Assembly (NCBI GenBank): GCA_913020145.1
Contig: CAJWAI010000001.1
Location: 1,130 to 65,129, forward strand
From: an uncultured Gammaproteobacteria bacterium
Lineage (GTDB): Bacteria; Pseudomonadota; Gammaproteobacteria; Magnimaribacterales; TMED112
Reading direction: 5' to 3'
Length of the DNA stretch: 64,000 nucleotides
In this document: piece after piece, positions 46,333-57,157 of the stretch
Layout of the letters: every line of letters begins with the position of its first letter
How positions within the stretch are numbered: position 1 is the stretch's first letter
Translations under genes and position numbers: made by a program
The notes under the pieces: generated by a model
The model's input: only the letters and a program-made list of their open reading frames with translations
The model's database searches: none
What the model was told of the DNA's origin: nothing

Positions 46333-48290
46333 ACTAATTCGGAAATCTTCTTAGCAATTTTACTAGGAGTGAAGCCGAAATGATCCATCAACTGATTGCC
46401 CTTACCAGACTCCCCAAAAGTATCTATGCCAATCACGTTTTTAGTATGCTTATACCAAGAATTAGGGTGAGAACATTCAATAACAATATTAATGCTGTCT
46501 TGTGAAAATATTTTTTTATAGATCGATTCATGCTTTTCTAATTCCTCTAAGCATGGAACACTAGCTATATTAGTGGTTAAACCATTCTCTTTTAAAATCT
46601 CTGATGATTCTATTGCGGTGCTAACTTCAGATCCTGTAGCAATTAGATTAATTTTTGCATCGGCAGAATATTTAACAAAATAACCCCCTTTTTCGGCCTC
46701 TAAAACACTTTCAACTGGAAAGTTATCAAGGTTTTGTCTGGATAAGATAATAGAGGTGGGTCCATTTTTGTTTTCTAATGCTTTTTTCCAAGAAACAGCG
46801 GTTTCAACTAAAGTGGCAGGTCTCCATGTATGCATATTTGGTGTAGATCTTAATGTATTTAAATGTTCTATTGGTTGGTGTGTTGGACCATCTTCTCCAA
46901 GAGCTACAGAATCATGTGAAAACACATAAATTGTTCTTATACCCATTAGTGCAGACATACGAACAGCATTTCTACCATAGTCCATAAAAACGAGGAATGT
47001 TCCACCAAATGGTATTATGCCCCCATGGAGTGACATTCCATTCATAATCGCATTCATCCCAAACTCTCTCACTCCATAGTAAATGTAGTTACCAGATGGA
47101 TCTGAGTTAATTGCTGTAGATAATTTAGTTATTGTGTTATTTGACCCGCTTAGATCTGCAGAACCTCCAACTAATTCCGGTAACTGCTCTTTCAAAAATT
47201 CGAGGACTATTTGAGAACACTTTCTAGTTGCTATAGAGTCAGTATTTTCTTGCAAATCTACAATATGATTGTTAAAAGCCTGTAAAAAGCCTTCTGGAAG
47301 ATCTCCAGATGCTAATCTTTTTAATAAACGTGCTTTTTCTGAGTCTTCCTTTTCATGCTCTTCGCAAATTTCTTTCCAATTATTCTCAAGAATTTTACCC
47401 TTCTCTTTAAAATCCCAATCTTCATAAACTGATTCAGGTATTTCAAAAGGTCCATAACTCCAGTTTAGATTCTTTCTTAATTCATTTAGTGCATCTTCTC
47501 CAAGAGGTGCCCCATGTGAAGACTCACTGTCTTGTTTGCTTCCAGCTCCGTAACCAATAGAAGTCTTGCAGACTATCATTGTTGGTTTATTTGATGCTTT
47601 AGCTGCTATTATGGCTTCATTTATTTGCTCTCTATTGTGACCATCTATTTCTCCAATTACATTCCAGCCATATGATTCACATCTAAGCTTAATATCATCC
47701 TTATACCAATCTTTAATTTCACCATCAATGGAAATACCATTGCTGTCGTAGAAGCAAATCAATTTATTTAGCTCTAAAACACCAGCCAACGACATTACTT
47801 CATGTGAGATACCTTCCATCAAGCATCCATCTCCTATAAAACAATAAGTTTTATGATTAATCGGTTTTAATTTATTGGTATTAATTTTTGAGGCTAGAAT
47901 CTTTTCAGCTAGAGCCATGCCTATGGCATTAGCTAATCCCTGACCTAGTGGTCCTGTTGTTGTTTCGACGCCATCAGTAATCCCATATTCTGGATGGCCA
48001 GGAGTCTTGGAATGCAATTGTCTAAAATCTTTTAGATCATCAAGTGATAATTTATATCCTGTTAAATGTAAAAGGCTATAAAGAAGCATGGAGCCATGAC
48101 CATTTGAGAGCACAAATCTATCTCTATTGAACCAATTAGAATTGGTTGGTGAATGATGTAAGTGTTCTCGCCAAAGAACTTCTGCGATGTCTGCCATTCC
48201 CAGTGGCATCCCTGGATGGCCCGAGCTTGCCCTTTCTACACTATCTGCAGATAAAAATCTAAGAGCGTTTACTGTTTCGTTCTTTATCAA
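46329..48290 (-). CDS. tkt: Transketolase
   Basis: Motifs include SGHPGMPLGMA, RDRFVLSNGHGS, GDGCLMEGIS and GEDGPTHQP. Confidence 0.96.
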   Translation of the reverse strand: MIKNETVNALRFLSADSVERASSGHPGMPLGMADIAEVLWREHLHHSPTNSNWFNRDRFVLSNGHGSMLLYSLLHLTGYKLSLDDLKDFRQLHSKTPGHPEYGITDGVETTTGPLGQGLANAIGMALAEKILASKINTNKLKPINHKTYCFIGDGCLMEGISHEVMSLAGVLELNKLICFYDSNGISIDGEIKDWYKDDIKLRCESYGWNVIGEIDGHNREQINEAIIAAKASNKPTMIVCKTSIGYGAGSKQDSESSHGAPLGEDALNELRKNLNWSYGPFEIPESVYEDWDFKEKGKILENNWKEICEEHEKEDSEKARLLKRLASGDLPEGFLQAFNNHIVDLQENTDSIATRKCSQIVLEFLKEQLPELVGGSADLSGSNNTITKLSTAINSDPSGNYIYYGVREFGMNAIMNGMSLHGGIIPFGGTFLVFMDYGRNAVRMSALMGIRTIYVFSHDSVALGEDGPTHQPIEHLNTLRSTPNMHTWRPATLVETAVSWKKALENKNGPTSIILSRQNLDNFPVESVLEAEKGGYFVKYSADAKINLIATGSEVSTAIESSEILKENGLTTNIASVPCLEELEKHESIYKKIFSQDSINIVIECSHPNSWYKHTKNVIGIDTFGESGKGNQLMDHFGFTPSKIAKKISELV

Positions 48291-48345
48291 TTTAGGGTAA
48301 TTGGTTAAGACAATTATATAATTCTATTTAAGCTTTTAGTGCGAT

Positions 48346-49098
48346 ATGAAGATTAAATTCAAAAAAATGCAAAGTAATGGAAATGATTTTCTTATTACGG
48401 AAGACATGAATATACTGAAAGCCTCTATTGAGAGATTATCTGATAGAAAAGATGGTATAGGCTTTGACCAGCTATTACTTTTGGATAGATCTGAGGAAAA
48501 GTGGCAAGTCAGAGTCTTTAATGCAGATGGATCAGAAGCAAATAATTGTTTCAATGGTCTCAGATGTCTAGCAAGCTACTCATCTGAAAAAGAGCAGCAG
48601 ATAAAAATCTATAAAAACATTTTTATTGTTATCAAAGATAGTGAACCCTCTGAACAAATTGCTACTGTATTAAGTAAAATGCCAAAAGGTAAACAAATAG
48701 AGAATTTTTACTATGTAGACATAGGAAATTATCATGTAATAAAGGAGTCAACTGATGTTTTTACTGAGGACTTAGAACTCTTGTATGAAAACTTTAAAGC
48801 TAAAGTAGAAAAATTTAATCTTGCTCCGAACTATAATCTAAATATTTTTCAAAGAGCTCAAGATCAGATTAATATTAGAACTTATGAAAGTGGTGTTGGA
48901 GAAACAAAATCTTGTGGTTCAGGAACGGCTGCTACAGCATATGCTATATCACTTGAAACAAACGAAAAAAAATTTAAATTTTCTTCGCAGGGAGGAACCT
49001 CTGTGATTCTATTAGAAAGTAAAAATGTTTTATTATCTACAGCTGGTTATAAGCTAGAGTTTGAAGGAGAACTCTCAAAATCAGATTTTTATGCATGA
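48346..49098 (+). CDS. dapF: Diaminopimelate epimerase
   Basis: Motifs include KMQSNGNDFL, FNADGSEANNCFNG and SCGSGTAA, which carry the two catalytic Cys residues. Confidence 0.9.
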   Translation: MKIKFKKMQSNGNDFLITEDMNILKASIERLSDRKDGIGFDQLLLLDRSEEKWQVRVFNADGSEANNCFNGLRCLASYSSEKEQQIKIYKNIFIVIKDSEPSEQIATVLSKMPKGKQIENFYYVDIGNYHVIKESTDVFTEDLELLYENFKAKVEKFNLAPNYNLNIFQRAQDQINIRTYESGVGETKSCGSGTAATAYAISLETNEKKFKFSSQGGTSVILLESKNVLLSTAGYKLEFEGELSKSDFYA

Positions 49099-49984
49099 TC
49101 TAAAAGAAAGACTTAAAGAGTTTTTAAGAATAAAAAATTATTCTCCTCATACAATTTCTAATTATGAGAGAGATATAAATCGCTTCTTGAGTTTTCTTGA
49201 GGAGAAAAAAATTAATCCTGATGATCTTATGCCGTCAACTTTAACACAATGGATTATTTTTTTACGAAAGAAGGGTTTAGGGAATAGATCAATTCAAAGA
49301 AATATATCTTCATTGAGAAACTTTTATAAGTATATGTATAAGAATGAAGAGTTAGACTCTAATCCATTCGATGGCGTTCAGTCTCCAAAAGTTGAGGAAA
49401 AGCTACCAAAAGCTCTCACACCTGAAGATGTGGAGAAATTATTATCTTTTATACCAAAAACACCTTCTGAATCGAGAGATAAGGCTTTTCTGGAACTTTT
49501 GTACTCTTCTGGATTAAGAGTTTCTGAAGCAATTAATGTAAATATTTCTTCCTTCGAATCCGATTTTAGTTTTATTAGAGTTATAGGTAAGGGGAAAAAG
49601 GAAAGAATGCTTCCAGTTGGTAAGTTTGCTCGTGATGCTATAGCTGATTGGCTAACGATTAGAGAGTCAATGAACGTTGATATAGATGCTCTTTTTACAA
49701 ACAAATATGGGAAAAGAATTTCTGTTAGGGCAATGCAAGAGAGATTGTATAACCTATCAGTCAGTCAGGGCATGCCTCCTGTAAATCCGCATATGTTAAG
49801 ACATAGTTTTGCAACTCATATTCTTGAATCAAGTGGTGATTTAAGATCAATTCAAGAGATGTTAGGTCACAGCAGCTTGAGTACTACACAAATTTACACT
49901 AAATTAAACTTCCAACAGTTAGCAAAAATTTACGATAAATCGCACCCTCATGCCAAGAAAGAAAATAAAATTAATAACCCTTGA
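49091..49984 (+). CDS. xerC: Tyrosine recombinase XerC (chromosome dimer resolution)
   Basis: The catalytic residues are present in GLRVSEA, HMLRHSFATH and LGHSSLSTTQIYT. The dapF-xerC-yigB order matches enterics. An alternative start lies at 49061. Confidence 0.88.
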   Translation: MHDLKERLKEFLRIKNYSPHTISNYERDINRFLSFLEEKKINPDDLMPSTLTQWIIFLRKKGLGNRSIQRNISSLRNFYKYMYKNEELDSNPFDGVQSPKVEEKLPKALTPEDVEKLLSFIPKTPSESRDKAFLELLYSSGLRVSEAINVNISSFESDFSFIRVIGKGKKERMLPVGKFARDAIADWLTIRESMNVDIDALFTNKYGKRISVRAMQERLYNLSVSQGMPPVNPHMLRHSFATHILESSGDLRSIQEMLGHSSLSTTQIYTKLNFQQLAKIYDKSHPHAKKENKINNP

Positions 49985-50678
49985 TCTAGACGATACTCTT
50001 TGGCCCAACAAAAAAGTTATTGTTGATGCAGAGAATGCCTGGCTAAGCTTCATTCTCACGAAATTTCCAAATCTTATAGATGAATTTAGCGAAGAATCTT
50101 TAAGTAGAGTTAGAGTTGATCTAGTTGAAGCTGACCCTTCTTTAAAAAATGACTTAACTAAATTCAGAAAAGAAATAATTAAAGAAACTTTATTGAGAAG
50201 TGGTGTAGATAGTGTTGATGCCATTTATTACAGTAATGAAAGCTTTAATGAGTTTTTTAAAATAAGAAACAAGGTTCAACTATATACAGATGCAAAAAAA
50301 ATCCTTGAAAGACTTTATCGAAAAGTGATAATCGGAGCACTCTCAAATGGTAATGCAGACTTAGACATTATTGGAATATCAAATTTCTTTAAATTCAGTC
50401 TTAGCGCAAAAGATGTAAAAAGTAATAAACCATCTCCACCGCATTTCATCAAAGCTTTAGAACTTGCAAACTGTGAAGCTGAAGAAGCACTACATATTGG
50501 GGATTGTCCTGTTAATGATATTGGTGGAGCGAGAAATTGCAATTTCAACACCATATGGTTCAATTGTGATAGGAATAAATGGGATGAAATCTTTCCTTGT
50601 GATTTACAAGCTAAATCTTGGCAAGATCTTTATCAGACAATAAATAAAAATTTTATTTTGGAGAAGAATAATGTTTAA
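49950..50678 (+). CDS. HAD-superfamily phosphatase (YigB-like)
   Basis: The motif ITLDLDDTLW carries DxDxT, and GDCPVNDI is also present. It lies downstream of xerC. Confidence 0.75.
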   Translation: MPRKKIKLITLDLDDTLWPNKKVIVDAENAWLSFILTKFPNLIDEFSEESLSRVRVDLVEADPSLKNDLTKFRKEIIKETLLRSGVDSVDAIYYSNESFNEFFKIRNKVQLYTDAKKILERLYRKVIIGALSNGNADLDIIGISNFFKFSLSAKDVKSNKPSPPHFIKALELANCEAEEALHIGDCPVNDIGGARNCNFNTIWFNCDRNKWDEIFPCDLQAKSWQDLYQTINKNFILEKNNV

Positions 50679-50847
50679 TCCGTTTGGAATGGGGAAAGAC
50701 CTTAAAGGGATGGAAAAGATGGTGAAGCCTGCTTTAGAGAAATTTATGAAAGAATCAGGTTTCGTTAAACAAGAAGAACTCGATAAAGCACTTGAGAGAA
50801 TAGAATCTCTTGAACAAAAATTGAGTGAATTAGAAGAAAGAGTTTAG
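50671..50847 (+). CDS. UbiK/YqiC-like coiled-coil peptide (58 aa; not in the ORF track)
   Basis: It translates to MFNPFGMGKDLKGMEKMVKPALEKFMKESGFVKQEELDKALERIESLEQKLSELEERV. The tail resembles the E. coli UbiK segment LVSREEFDVQ...LALLEQRISELE. Confidence 0.5.
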   Translation: MFNPFGMGKDLKGMEKMVKPALEKFMKESGFVKQEELDKALERIESLEQKLSELEERV

Positions 50848-51248
50848 TCTGCTGTCAAAGCGTCTAGCATATATTGCACTGAGTTTTGTATTTCTTCCCT
50901 CGTGCAATCCATACATAAACCTCTAGCAGGCATAGCGTTATAGCCGTTGTATGAGTTATTAACTAAAGTCTCTAGTCCTTTTTCAACTCTGCCTTGCCAT
51001 TGAGAAACATTAGCAAACATAGGTGCTCCTGCTAGTCCTGCAGTATGACAAGCTGCACAACCAAGATTATATACAGCCTCACCATTTCTTGCTGTAGAAA
51101 CCATATCTTCTGAATTGTTAGGGGTCATTGCCACTACAGGTTTATTTTTTAATAATCCAAGTCTTTTTCTTACTTCATCCTCATAAGGAGCTGAGTAAAA
51201 CTGAAGTGAAAGCACTATTGTCACAATACAAAATATAAATTTTTTCAT
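50844..51248 (-). CDS. Class I c-type cytochrome (c5-like), secreted
   Basis: It has a signal peptide, a single CAACH haem-binding site and a distal Met in YNAMPARG. Confidence 0.88.
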   Translation of the reverse strand: MKKFIFCIVTIVLSLQFYSAPYEDEVRKRLGLLKNKPVVAMTPNNSEDMVSTARNGEAVYNLGCAACHTAGLAGAPMFANVSQWQGRVEKGLETLVNNSYNGYNAMPARGLCMDCTREEIQNSVQYMLDALTAD

Positions 51249-51254
51249 TTTTAT

Positions 51255-51851
51255 TTAAAGGTCTGATAAATAGATAATATTAGATATATTTTTTTCAACA
51301 TCTCTGCCTCTTATAACTTTATATTTTCCATTGACTATTACAGTTGGAACCCCATCGAATACTCCAGAATTGCCAAGTGAATTTACGAGCCTTAGAGCAT
51401 TTTTTGCTTTTAAGCCTACCCCAAATGAATTATAGACTTCCATGAACTTCACCGCATTATAACCATGACGCTCAGCAAAAGCTGCCATATCTGATTCAGT
51501 TCTGAATGATTTTCTTTTTAATTGCCAGTCCTTATAAACATTCATATGAGCTTCTTCTCCAAGATTTAGTGCTTTTATTGTGTAATAAAGTCTAGCTATA
51601 GTTTCATTGCCTGCTGGTACTTGATTTATTGCAATATCTGGTCTTCTCTCTTTTATGTCCTGGACTGTGCTCTCAAAAGTGAAGCATGCTGGACACCAAT
51701 AGCCAAAAACTTCTGTTATGCCTTCGTCATTAACAAGGCCTTCTGGTATTACTTCGTAATCTTTATTCAATTGAGGTTGCGCAGTAATTGATAAGGACAA
51801 TAACAGAAATAAAGTCTTTGAAATATGTTTTAGAAAGATGCTGTTCATGCG
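51255..51851 (-). CDS. dsbA: Thiol:disulfide interchange protein DsbA
   Basis: The active site is FGYWCPACFTFE (CxxC), and GVPTVIVNGKY carries the cis-Pro loop. I trimmed the start to MNSIFLKH. Confidence 0.88.
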   Translation of the reverse strand, partial: RMNSIFLKHISKTLFLLLSLSITAQPQLNKDYEVIPEGLVNDEGITEVFGYWCPACFTFESTVQDIKERRPDIAINQVPAGNETIARLYYTIKALNLGEEAHMNVYKDWQLKRKSFRTESDMAAFAERHGYNAVKFMEVYNSFGVGLKAKNALRLVNSLGNSGVFDGVPTVIVNGKYKVIRGRDVEKNISNIIYLSDL

Positions 51852-51887
51852 AACATGATTATATAACAAGTTGGTTATAATTTATTA

Positions 51888-52460
51888 ATGGAAACAAATT
51901 TAGATCTTCAGTTTGTAACAAGTGCAGCTTCATATGATCAGTGTCTAGATCACGAAGAAAGAGAGATTGCCTTTGTAGGTGCATCGAATGCTGGCAAATC
52001 ATCAGCTATAAATGCTTTATCAAATAACAAAAAGCTTGCGAAAGTAAGCAAGACACCTGGAAAAACTAAGTTATTTAATTTTTTTAAATGTAAACAAGGC
52101 TATATAGTAGATTTTCCTGGCTATGGTTTTTCAAAAGTCTCAAAAGAACAAAAAAAAGAGTGGTCACGAGAAATTCCTAAGTATTTTCAGTATAGAGATA
52201 ACCTCATAGGAGTTTTAATATTTACTGACATAAGGCACCCAATGAAAGAATCAGATTTAGAAATGGTATCAATGTTAGTAGACCTTAAACTACGTTTTAT
52301 GGTGGTTCTAACGAAATCTGATAAGGTCAGTGTATCTGAAAAGAAAAATGCTGAAGAATCTAATAAAAAAATATTTTCTGATGTAATGTCTTTTTCAATA
52401 AAAGATCAAGAGAGCATAACTGATTTGAGGAAAGAAATTAGTGTGCTTCTCTCCAATTAA
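51888..52460 (+). CDS. engB: Ribosome-biogenesis GTPase EngB/YihA
   Basis: The G1 motif is GASNAGKSSAINAL, with DFPGYG and TKSDK also present. Confidence 0.92.
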   Translation: METNLDLQFVTSAASYDQCLDHEEREIAFVGASNAGKSSAINALSNNKKLAKVSKTPGKTKLFNFFKCKQGYIVDFPGYGFSKVSKEQKKEWSREIPKYFQYRDNLIGVLIFTDIRHPMKESDLEMVSMLVDLKLRFMVVLTKSDKVSVSEKKNAEESNKKIFSDVMSFSIKDQESITDLRKEISVLLSN

Positions 52461-55095
52461 CTCCAAAACCATACTCAACTTTTAATGGCACACTAATTTT
52501 AGTGGTTTCTTCCATAATTGAAATAATTGGCTTGATGTCTTCATCTGTAAAATCAGTAGGCACTTCAAAAATTAGTTCATCATGAACCTGTAAGATCATT
52601 TTTATATCTGATTTGTCATAATTAATTAAATCTTGAATCTTAATCATTGCGATTTTAATAATATCGGCAGCACTGCCCTGTAAAGGTCCATTGATCGCAG
52701 CCCTTTCTGATCCCTGTCTCATCATATAGTTTCCAGCCTCTATGTTTGGTACATGTATTTTCCTGTTATATAAAGTTTTTACAAATTTATCTTTTTTTGC
52801 TTCTTCTACTATCTTTGACATAAAACTTTTAACTGCAGAATATCGTTCAAAATAATTATTTAAGAAAATATCGGCCTCAGCTCTTGAAACGTCAAGTTGA
52901 TTAGATAATCCAAAAGCGCTCATTCCATATAAAAGACCAAAATTAATTGTTTTAGCTCTTCTCCTCATTTGGCCATCAACATCATCAATTTCAACTCCGA
53001 AGATTTCTGCTGCTGTTCTTTTATGTATGTCCTCATCATTTCTAAATGAATTAAGCATAATTGGGTCTTTAGAGTAATGGGCCATTAACCTAAGCTCAAT
53101 TTGGGAATAATCCATCGCTAAGAGCTTCTTGTCTTTCGGGGCAACAAAGGCCTCTCTTATTGTTATTCCTTCATTCGTCCTTATTGGAATATTTTGTAAA
53201 TTTGGATCTGATGAGGATAATCTGCCTGTAGACGTTACTGCTTGATGATAAGACGTATGAACTCTAGAATTTGCATCACATATATCAGAAATTTTATCAG
53301 TATAGGTATTCTTAAGTTTAGCTAATGTTCTGTACTCCAGAATATTCCTAACAATCTCATTTTCAGCAGATAGTTTTTGTAAGACTGACTCTGAAGTTGA
53401 GTAATATCCGGTGGAGGTCTTTTTTAAGCCTTTAGAGTCTATTTTCATTTTTTCAAAAAGAACCTCACTAAGTTGTTTTGGAGAATCAATATTAAAGACG
53501 CTACCTGACATATCATGGATTTTTTTTGTGAGACCAATGAGCTTTGACCCAAATTCATTTGAAAGTTTTTGGAGGTGCTTTGTATCAATTAATGCACCTT
53601 TATTTTCCATTTTTAGTAGAACACTAACTAAAGGATACTCAATATCTTGTAGTAAATTTTCTGTTTCTTTATTTATTAGCTCTTTAAACTTCTCATATAG
53701 TTGAAAAGTTATATCGGCATCTTCAGCAGCATAGTTTGTAGCTTCTTTTATGGGTACTTCATTGAAGCTTTTATATTTATTCGCCCCTTTGCCCATAACA
53801 TCGGAATACTTTATGGTTTGAACATTTAAATAATGTTCTGCTAGAGCATCAAGATTATGTCGCGTAGCAGTGCTATTAATGGCATAAGACATTAGCATCG
53901 TGTCTGCACAAAATTTGTTTATCTCAATATCGTACTTTTCAAGTACAGATAAATCATATTTTAAATTCTGGCCTACGATTTTTTCTTGGTTCCTCTCTAA
54001 AACTGCTTTTAACCATTTGGTTGTTTCATCAGCATCTAAATCTGTTTGTTCATTATGTCTGATTGGCACATAAACGCCTGTATTTTCTTTTAAAGCAAAC
54101 GAAAACCCTACCAATTCTGCTTCATGAGCTAATAAAGATGTTGTTTCTGTATCAAAAGCAAAGCATTTTGAGTCATCTAGCTCTTTTTCTATTACTTTTA
54201 GTTGCTTTAAATTTTTGATGGAGCTGTAGTTTTTTGAGACTTTTTCTACAATTTTATCTTCTATGAATGAGTTGAATTCCAGGTCTTTATAGAAATCTTT
54301 TAATTCATCATTTGTTGCTTGAGGTATGTTCAGTGAATCTAACTTTAAATCTAAATCTAGGTCTTTTTTAAGTGCAACTAAAAAGAGGTTTCTTTGTAAG
54401 ATGTTTTTTTCATTTCTTAAGTTCTCCCCTACAACTCCTGTCACCTCATCTGCTTTAGCGACTAAATTATCAATATCACCATACTGATTAAGCCATTTAG
54501 ATGCTGTTTTATTGCCAACTTTTGTTATGCCAGGAATGTTGTCAGATTTATCTCCAACTAATGCCAATAACTCAGCAATTTTGTTTGGAGGAACTCCAAA
54601 CTTTTCTTCTACATATTTCTCATCAAAAAATTCATTTGATACGGAGTTGTGTTGTATAACATTCTCTTTTACGAGCTGAGTAAGATCCTTGTCTGGAGAA
54701 GATATTAATACTTTTTGTTTTTTACCTAATTTATCTGCAAGTGTTGCTATTACATCATCCGCTTCAACTCCTGCGACTTCTTGTATAGAGAAGTGAAATA
54801 ATTTTGAAAGATTTTTAATATCATCAATCTGAACTCTTAGCTCATTAGGCATAGAGGGTCTATTTGCTTTATATGCTTGATAATAATCGCTTCTGAAAGT
54901 AGGTCCTTTTGCATCAAAAACCATAACCATTGGTACACCTGGGTATGTCGAAATAAGTTTACGCAACATTGAAGCAACACCTCGTGTAGCTCCTGTTGGT
55001 TTGCCTTTTGATGTGCTCAAAGGTGGTAGAGCATGAAATGCTCTATATATATATGATGATCCATCAATTAAAATTACGTCTGGTCTAAATATCAT
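52438..55095 (-). CDS. polA: DNA polymerase I
   Basis: The 5' nuclease region shows LIDGSSYIYRAFHA. The 3'-5' exonuclease region shows FAFDTETTSL. The polymerase motifs are DYSQIELR, RRRAKTINFGLLYG and QVHDELIFE. I trimmed the start to MIFRPDV. Confidence 0.96.
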   Translation of the reverse strand: MIFRPDVILIDGSSYIYRAFHALPPLSTSKGKPTGATRGVASMLRKLISTYPGVPMVMVFDAKGPTFRSDYYQAYKANRPSMPNELRVQIDDIKNLSKLFHFSIQEVAGVEADDVIATLADKLGKKQKVLISSPDKDLTQLVKENVIQHNSVSNEFFDEKYVEEKFGVPPNKIAELLALVGDKSDNIPGITKVGNKTASKWLNQYGDIDNLVAKADEVTGVVGENLRNEKNILQRNLFLVALKKDLDLDLKLDSLNIPQATNDELKDFYKDLEFNSFIEDKIVEKVSKNYSSIKNLKQLKVIEKELDDSKCFAFDTETTSLLAHEAELVGFSFALKENTGVYVPIRHNEQTDLDADETTKWLKAVLERNQEKIVGQNLKYDLSVLEKYDIEINKFCADTMLMSYAINSTATRHNLDALAEHYLNVQTIKYSDVMGKGANKYKSFNEVPIKEATNYAAEDADITFQLYEKFKELINKETENLLQDIEYPLVSVLLKMENKGALIDTKHLQKLSNEFGSKLIGLTKKIHDMSGSVFNIDSPKQLSEVLFEKMKIDSKGLKKTSTGYYSTSESVLQKLSAENEIVRNILEYRTLAKLKNTYTDKISDICDANSRVHTSYHQAVTSTGRLSSSDPNLQNIPIRTNEGITIREAFVAPKDKKLLAMDYSQIELRLMAHYSKDPIMLNSFRNDEDIHKRTAAEIFGVEIDDVDGQMRRRAKTINFGLLYGMSAFGLSNQLDVSRAEADIFLNNYFERYSAVKSFMSKIVEEAKKDKFVKTLYNRKIHVPNIEAGNYMMRQGSERAAINGPLQGSAADIIKIAMIKIQDLINYDKSDIKMILQVHDELIFEVPTDFTDEDIKPIISIMEETTKISVPLKVEYGFGVNWREAH

Positions 55096-55121
55096 AGGAC
55101 TTATATATATAATACTTAATA

Positions 55122-55631
55122 GTGAAAGCATTTTTTGAAAACTACTTAGATTTCTTTATAACTTTTTGCGCAGCAATTGTTGTTGGAAGTCAGTATTATC
55201 TTGAGAATATTGTAGGTCTTGAGCCATGCAATCTATGTATATTGCAGAAATACTCTGCTCAAGCAGTCTTTTTTATATTCCTAATTAAGATGGTAGTTCC
55301 GAGATTTAAATTTCTTTTTGATTTTTTGGGAATTTTTGCTTTAGCATTTGGTATCTCGGCAAGCGGAAGACAAATTTATCTTCAGAATATTCCTAAAGAT
55401 GAGTTAGCTGCTGGTTATTGTGATACACCTTTTTATTTATTGTTTGATATGTACCCATTCTTTGATGCCATGTCAAAAGTTTTTCAAGGAAGCAGCAAAT
55501 GCGCAGAGGATTCCTGGTCGCTCTTAGGCCTAAATATTGCTGAATGGTCAATGGTATTTTTTGCTTCAATGATAGGTTTAATGCTGGTAAGATACCTTCT
55601 AATTATTTTAAAGGGCCATAAATATAACTGA
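55122..55631 (+). CDS. dsbB: Disulfide bond formation protein DsbB
   Basis: GTG start. The protein has 4 TM helices, the first Cys pair is in EPCNLCILQ, and a second periplasmic loop also contains Cys residues. Confidence 0.85.
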   Translation: MKAFFENYLDFFITFCAAIVVGSQYYLENIVGLEPCNLCILQKYSAQAVFFIFLIKMVVPRFKFLFDFLGIFALAFGISASGRQIYLQNIPKDELAAGYCDTPFYLLFDMYPFFDAMSKVFQGSSKCAEDSWSLLGLNIAEWSMVFFASMIGLMLVRYLLIILKGHKYN

Positions 55632-57154
55632 TGTCACGAGAGCTTAACTTAACTAATTCAAAATTAATCGAGCAAGCAATTGCTAATGGCGAAGGGGAAC
55701 TTACTAATACAGGTGCATTCTTAGCGCTAACTGGAAATAGAACCGGAAGAAGTCCAAGTGACCGTTTTATAGTCCAAGAAAATAGTACAGCTGATAAGAT
55801 TGATTGGGGTGAAGTTAATATTCCTTTTGAAGCCGATCACTTTGATAGTCTATGGAGTAAAGTTTCCGATTATTTAGATAATAAGGACTGTTATATGTCT
55901 GAAGTCCATGTTGGCTCTAATAAAGATCACTATATTCCTGTAGTAGTTAAGTCTGAAAAAGCATGGCATTCATTATTTTCAAAACTTATCTTCATAGTTC
56001 CTGAAATATTTAATGAAGAAGGGAAAGAAACTTGGAAAATTATGACAGCTGCAGACTACGTTTGCGATCCAGAAGTTGATCATACTAATTCTGAATCTTG
56101 TGTAATTATTAATTTTCTAAGAAGAAAGGTATTGATAGCAGGAATGAAGTATGCAGGAGAAATGAAAAAATCAATGTTTGCCGTTCAAAATTTTCTATTA
56201 CCAGAAAAGGATGTTCTTCCAATGCATTGTTCGGCTAATCAGACTAAAGACAAAAGAACTACACTCTTCTTCGGGCTCTCTGGAACTGGAAAAACAACAT
56301 TATCAGCAGATCCTAAATGTTCATTAATTGGTGACGATGAGCATGGCTGGAGCGATGGGTCAGTCTTTAATTTAGAGGGTGGGTGTTACGCCAAATGCAT
56401 TAAACTTTCTAAAGAAAATGAGCCATTAATTTGGGATGCTATAAAGTTTGGCAGCATTTTAGAAAATGTTGCGATTGATGAAAATGGTATTCCAGATTAT
56501 GACGATGACAAATATACCGAGAATACAAGAGTCTGCTATCCAAGAGATTTCATTGAGGGGTCTGTCCCTGAGAATCAAGGTGGCGAACCAGATAATATTA
56601 TTTTTCTAACTTGTGATCTTTCTGGTGTCCTTCCTCCTGTAAGTATGCTGGACGAAAATAGTGCAGCTTATCATTTTTTAAGTGGATACACGGCAAAGGT
56701 TGGGTCAACTGAAGTTGGCAGCACAAAATCAATGGATTTTGCTTTTTCAACCTGCTTTGGCGCACCCTTTTTTCCTAGACCCGCTGGAGAATATGCAGAT
56801 TTACTGATAAAGAGAATGCAGAAAAATAATACGAAGGTCTTTTTGGTTAATACAGGGTGGACTGGTGGTGGTTATGGTGTTGGAGAAAGGTTTCCTATTC
56901 CTATAACAAGAGCAATTATTAATGCCATACAAGAAAATGAAGTTGATATGAATGATTTTGACCATCTTGAAAAACTTAACCTAAATGTTCCAAAAGATAT
57001 TAAGGGAGTTAAGCAAGAATTATTAAATCCAAGAAATTGTTGGGCATCTGCTGATGATTATGATGAGGAATGCGCTAAATTATGCATGAAATTTAAAGAG
57101 AATTTCAGAAAATTTGATGTTGCTCAACAAATAATTGATGCAGGACCCAGGTAA
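55631..57154 (+). CDS. pckA: Phosphoenolpyruvate carboxykinase (ATP)
   Basis: Motifs include [29 protein letters not shown] and NTGWTGG. Confidence 0.96.
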   Translation: MSRELNLTNSKLIEQAIANGEGELTNTGAFLALTGNRTGRSPSDRFIVQENSTADKIDWGEVNIPFEADHFDSLWSKVSDYLDNKDCYMSEVHVGSNKDHYIPVVVKSEKAWHSLFSKLIFIVPEIFNEEGKETWKIMTAADYVCDPEVDHTNSESCVIINFLRRKVLIAGMKYAGEMKKSMFAVQNFLLPEKDVLPMHCSANQTKDKRTTLFFGLSGTGKTTLSADPKCSLIGDDEHGWSDGSVFNLEGGCYAKCIKLSKENEPLIWDAIKFGSILENVAIDENGIPDYDDDKYTENTRVCYPRDFIEGSVPENQGGEPDNIIFLTCDLSGVLPPVSMLDENSAAYHFLSGYTAKVGSTEVGSTKSMDFAFSTCFGAPFFPRPAGEYADLLIKRMQKNNTKVFLVNTGWTGGGYGVGERFPIPITRAIINAIQENEVDMNDFDHLEKLNLNVPKDIKGVKQELLNPRNCWASADDYDEECAKLCMKFKENFRKFDVAQQIIDAGPR

Positions 57155-57157
57155 TCT

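Noticed and set aside
49091-49984. The tyrosine recombinase as an integrase marking a mobile element
   Set aside because: The canonical dapF-xerC-yigB housekeeping synteny identifies it as the chromosome dimer resolvase. There are no flanking repeats, phage genes or transposase genes.
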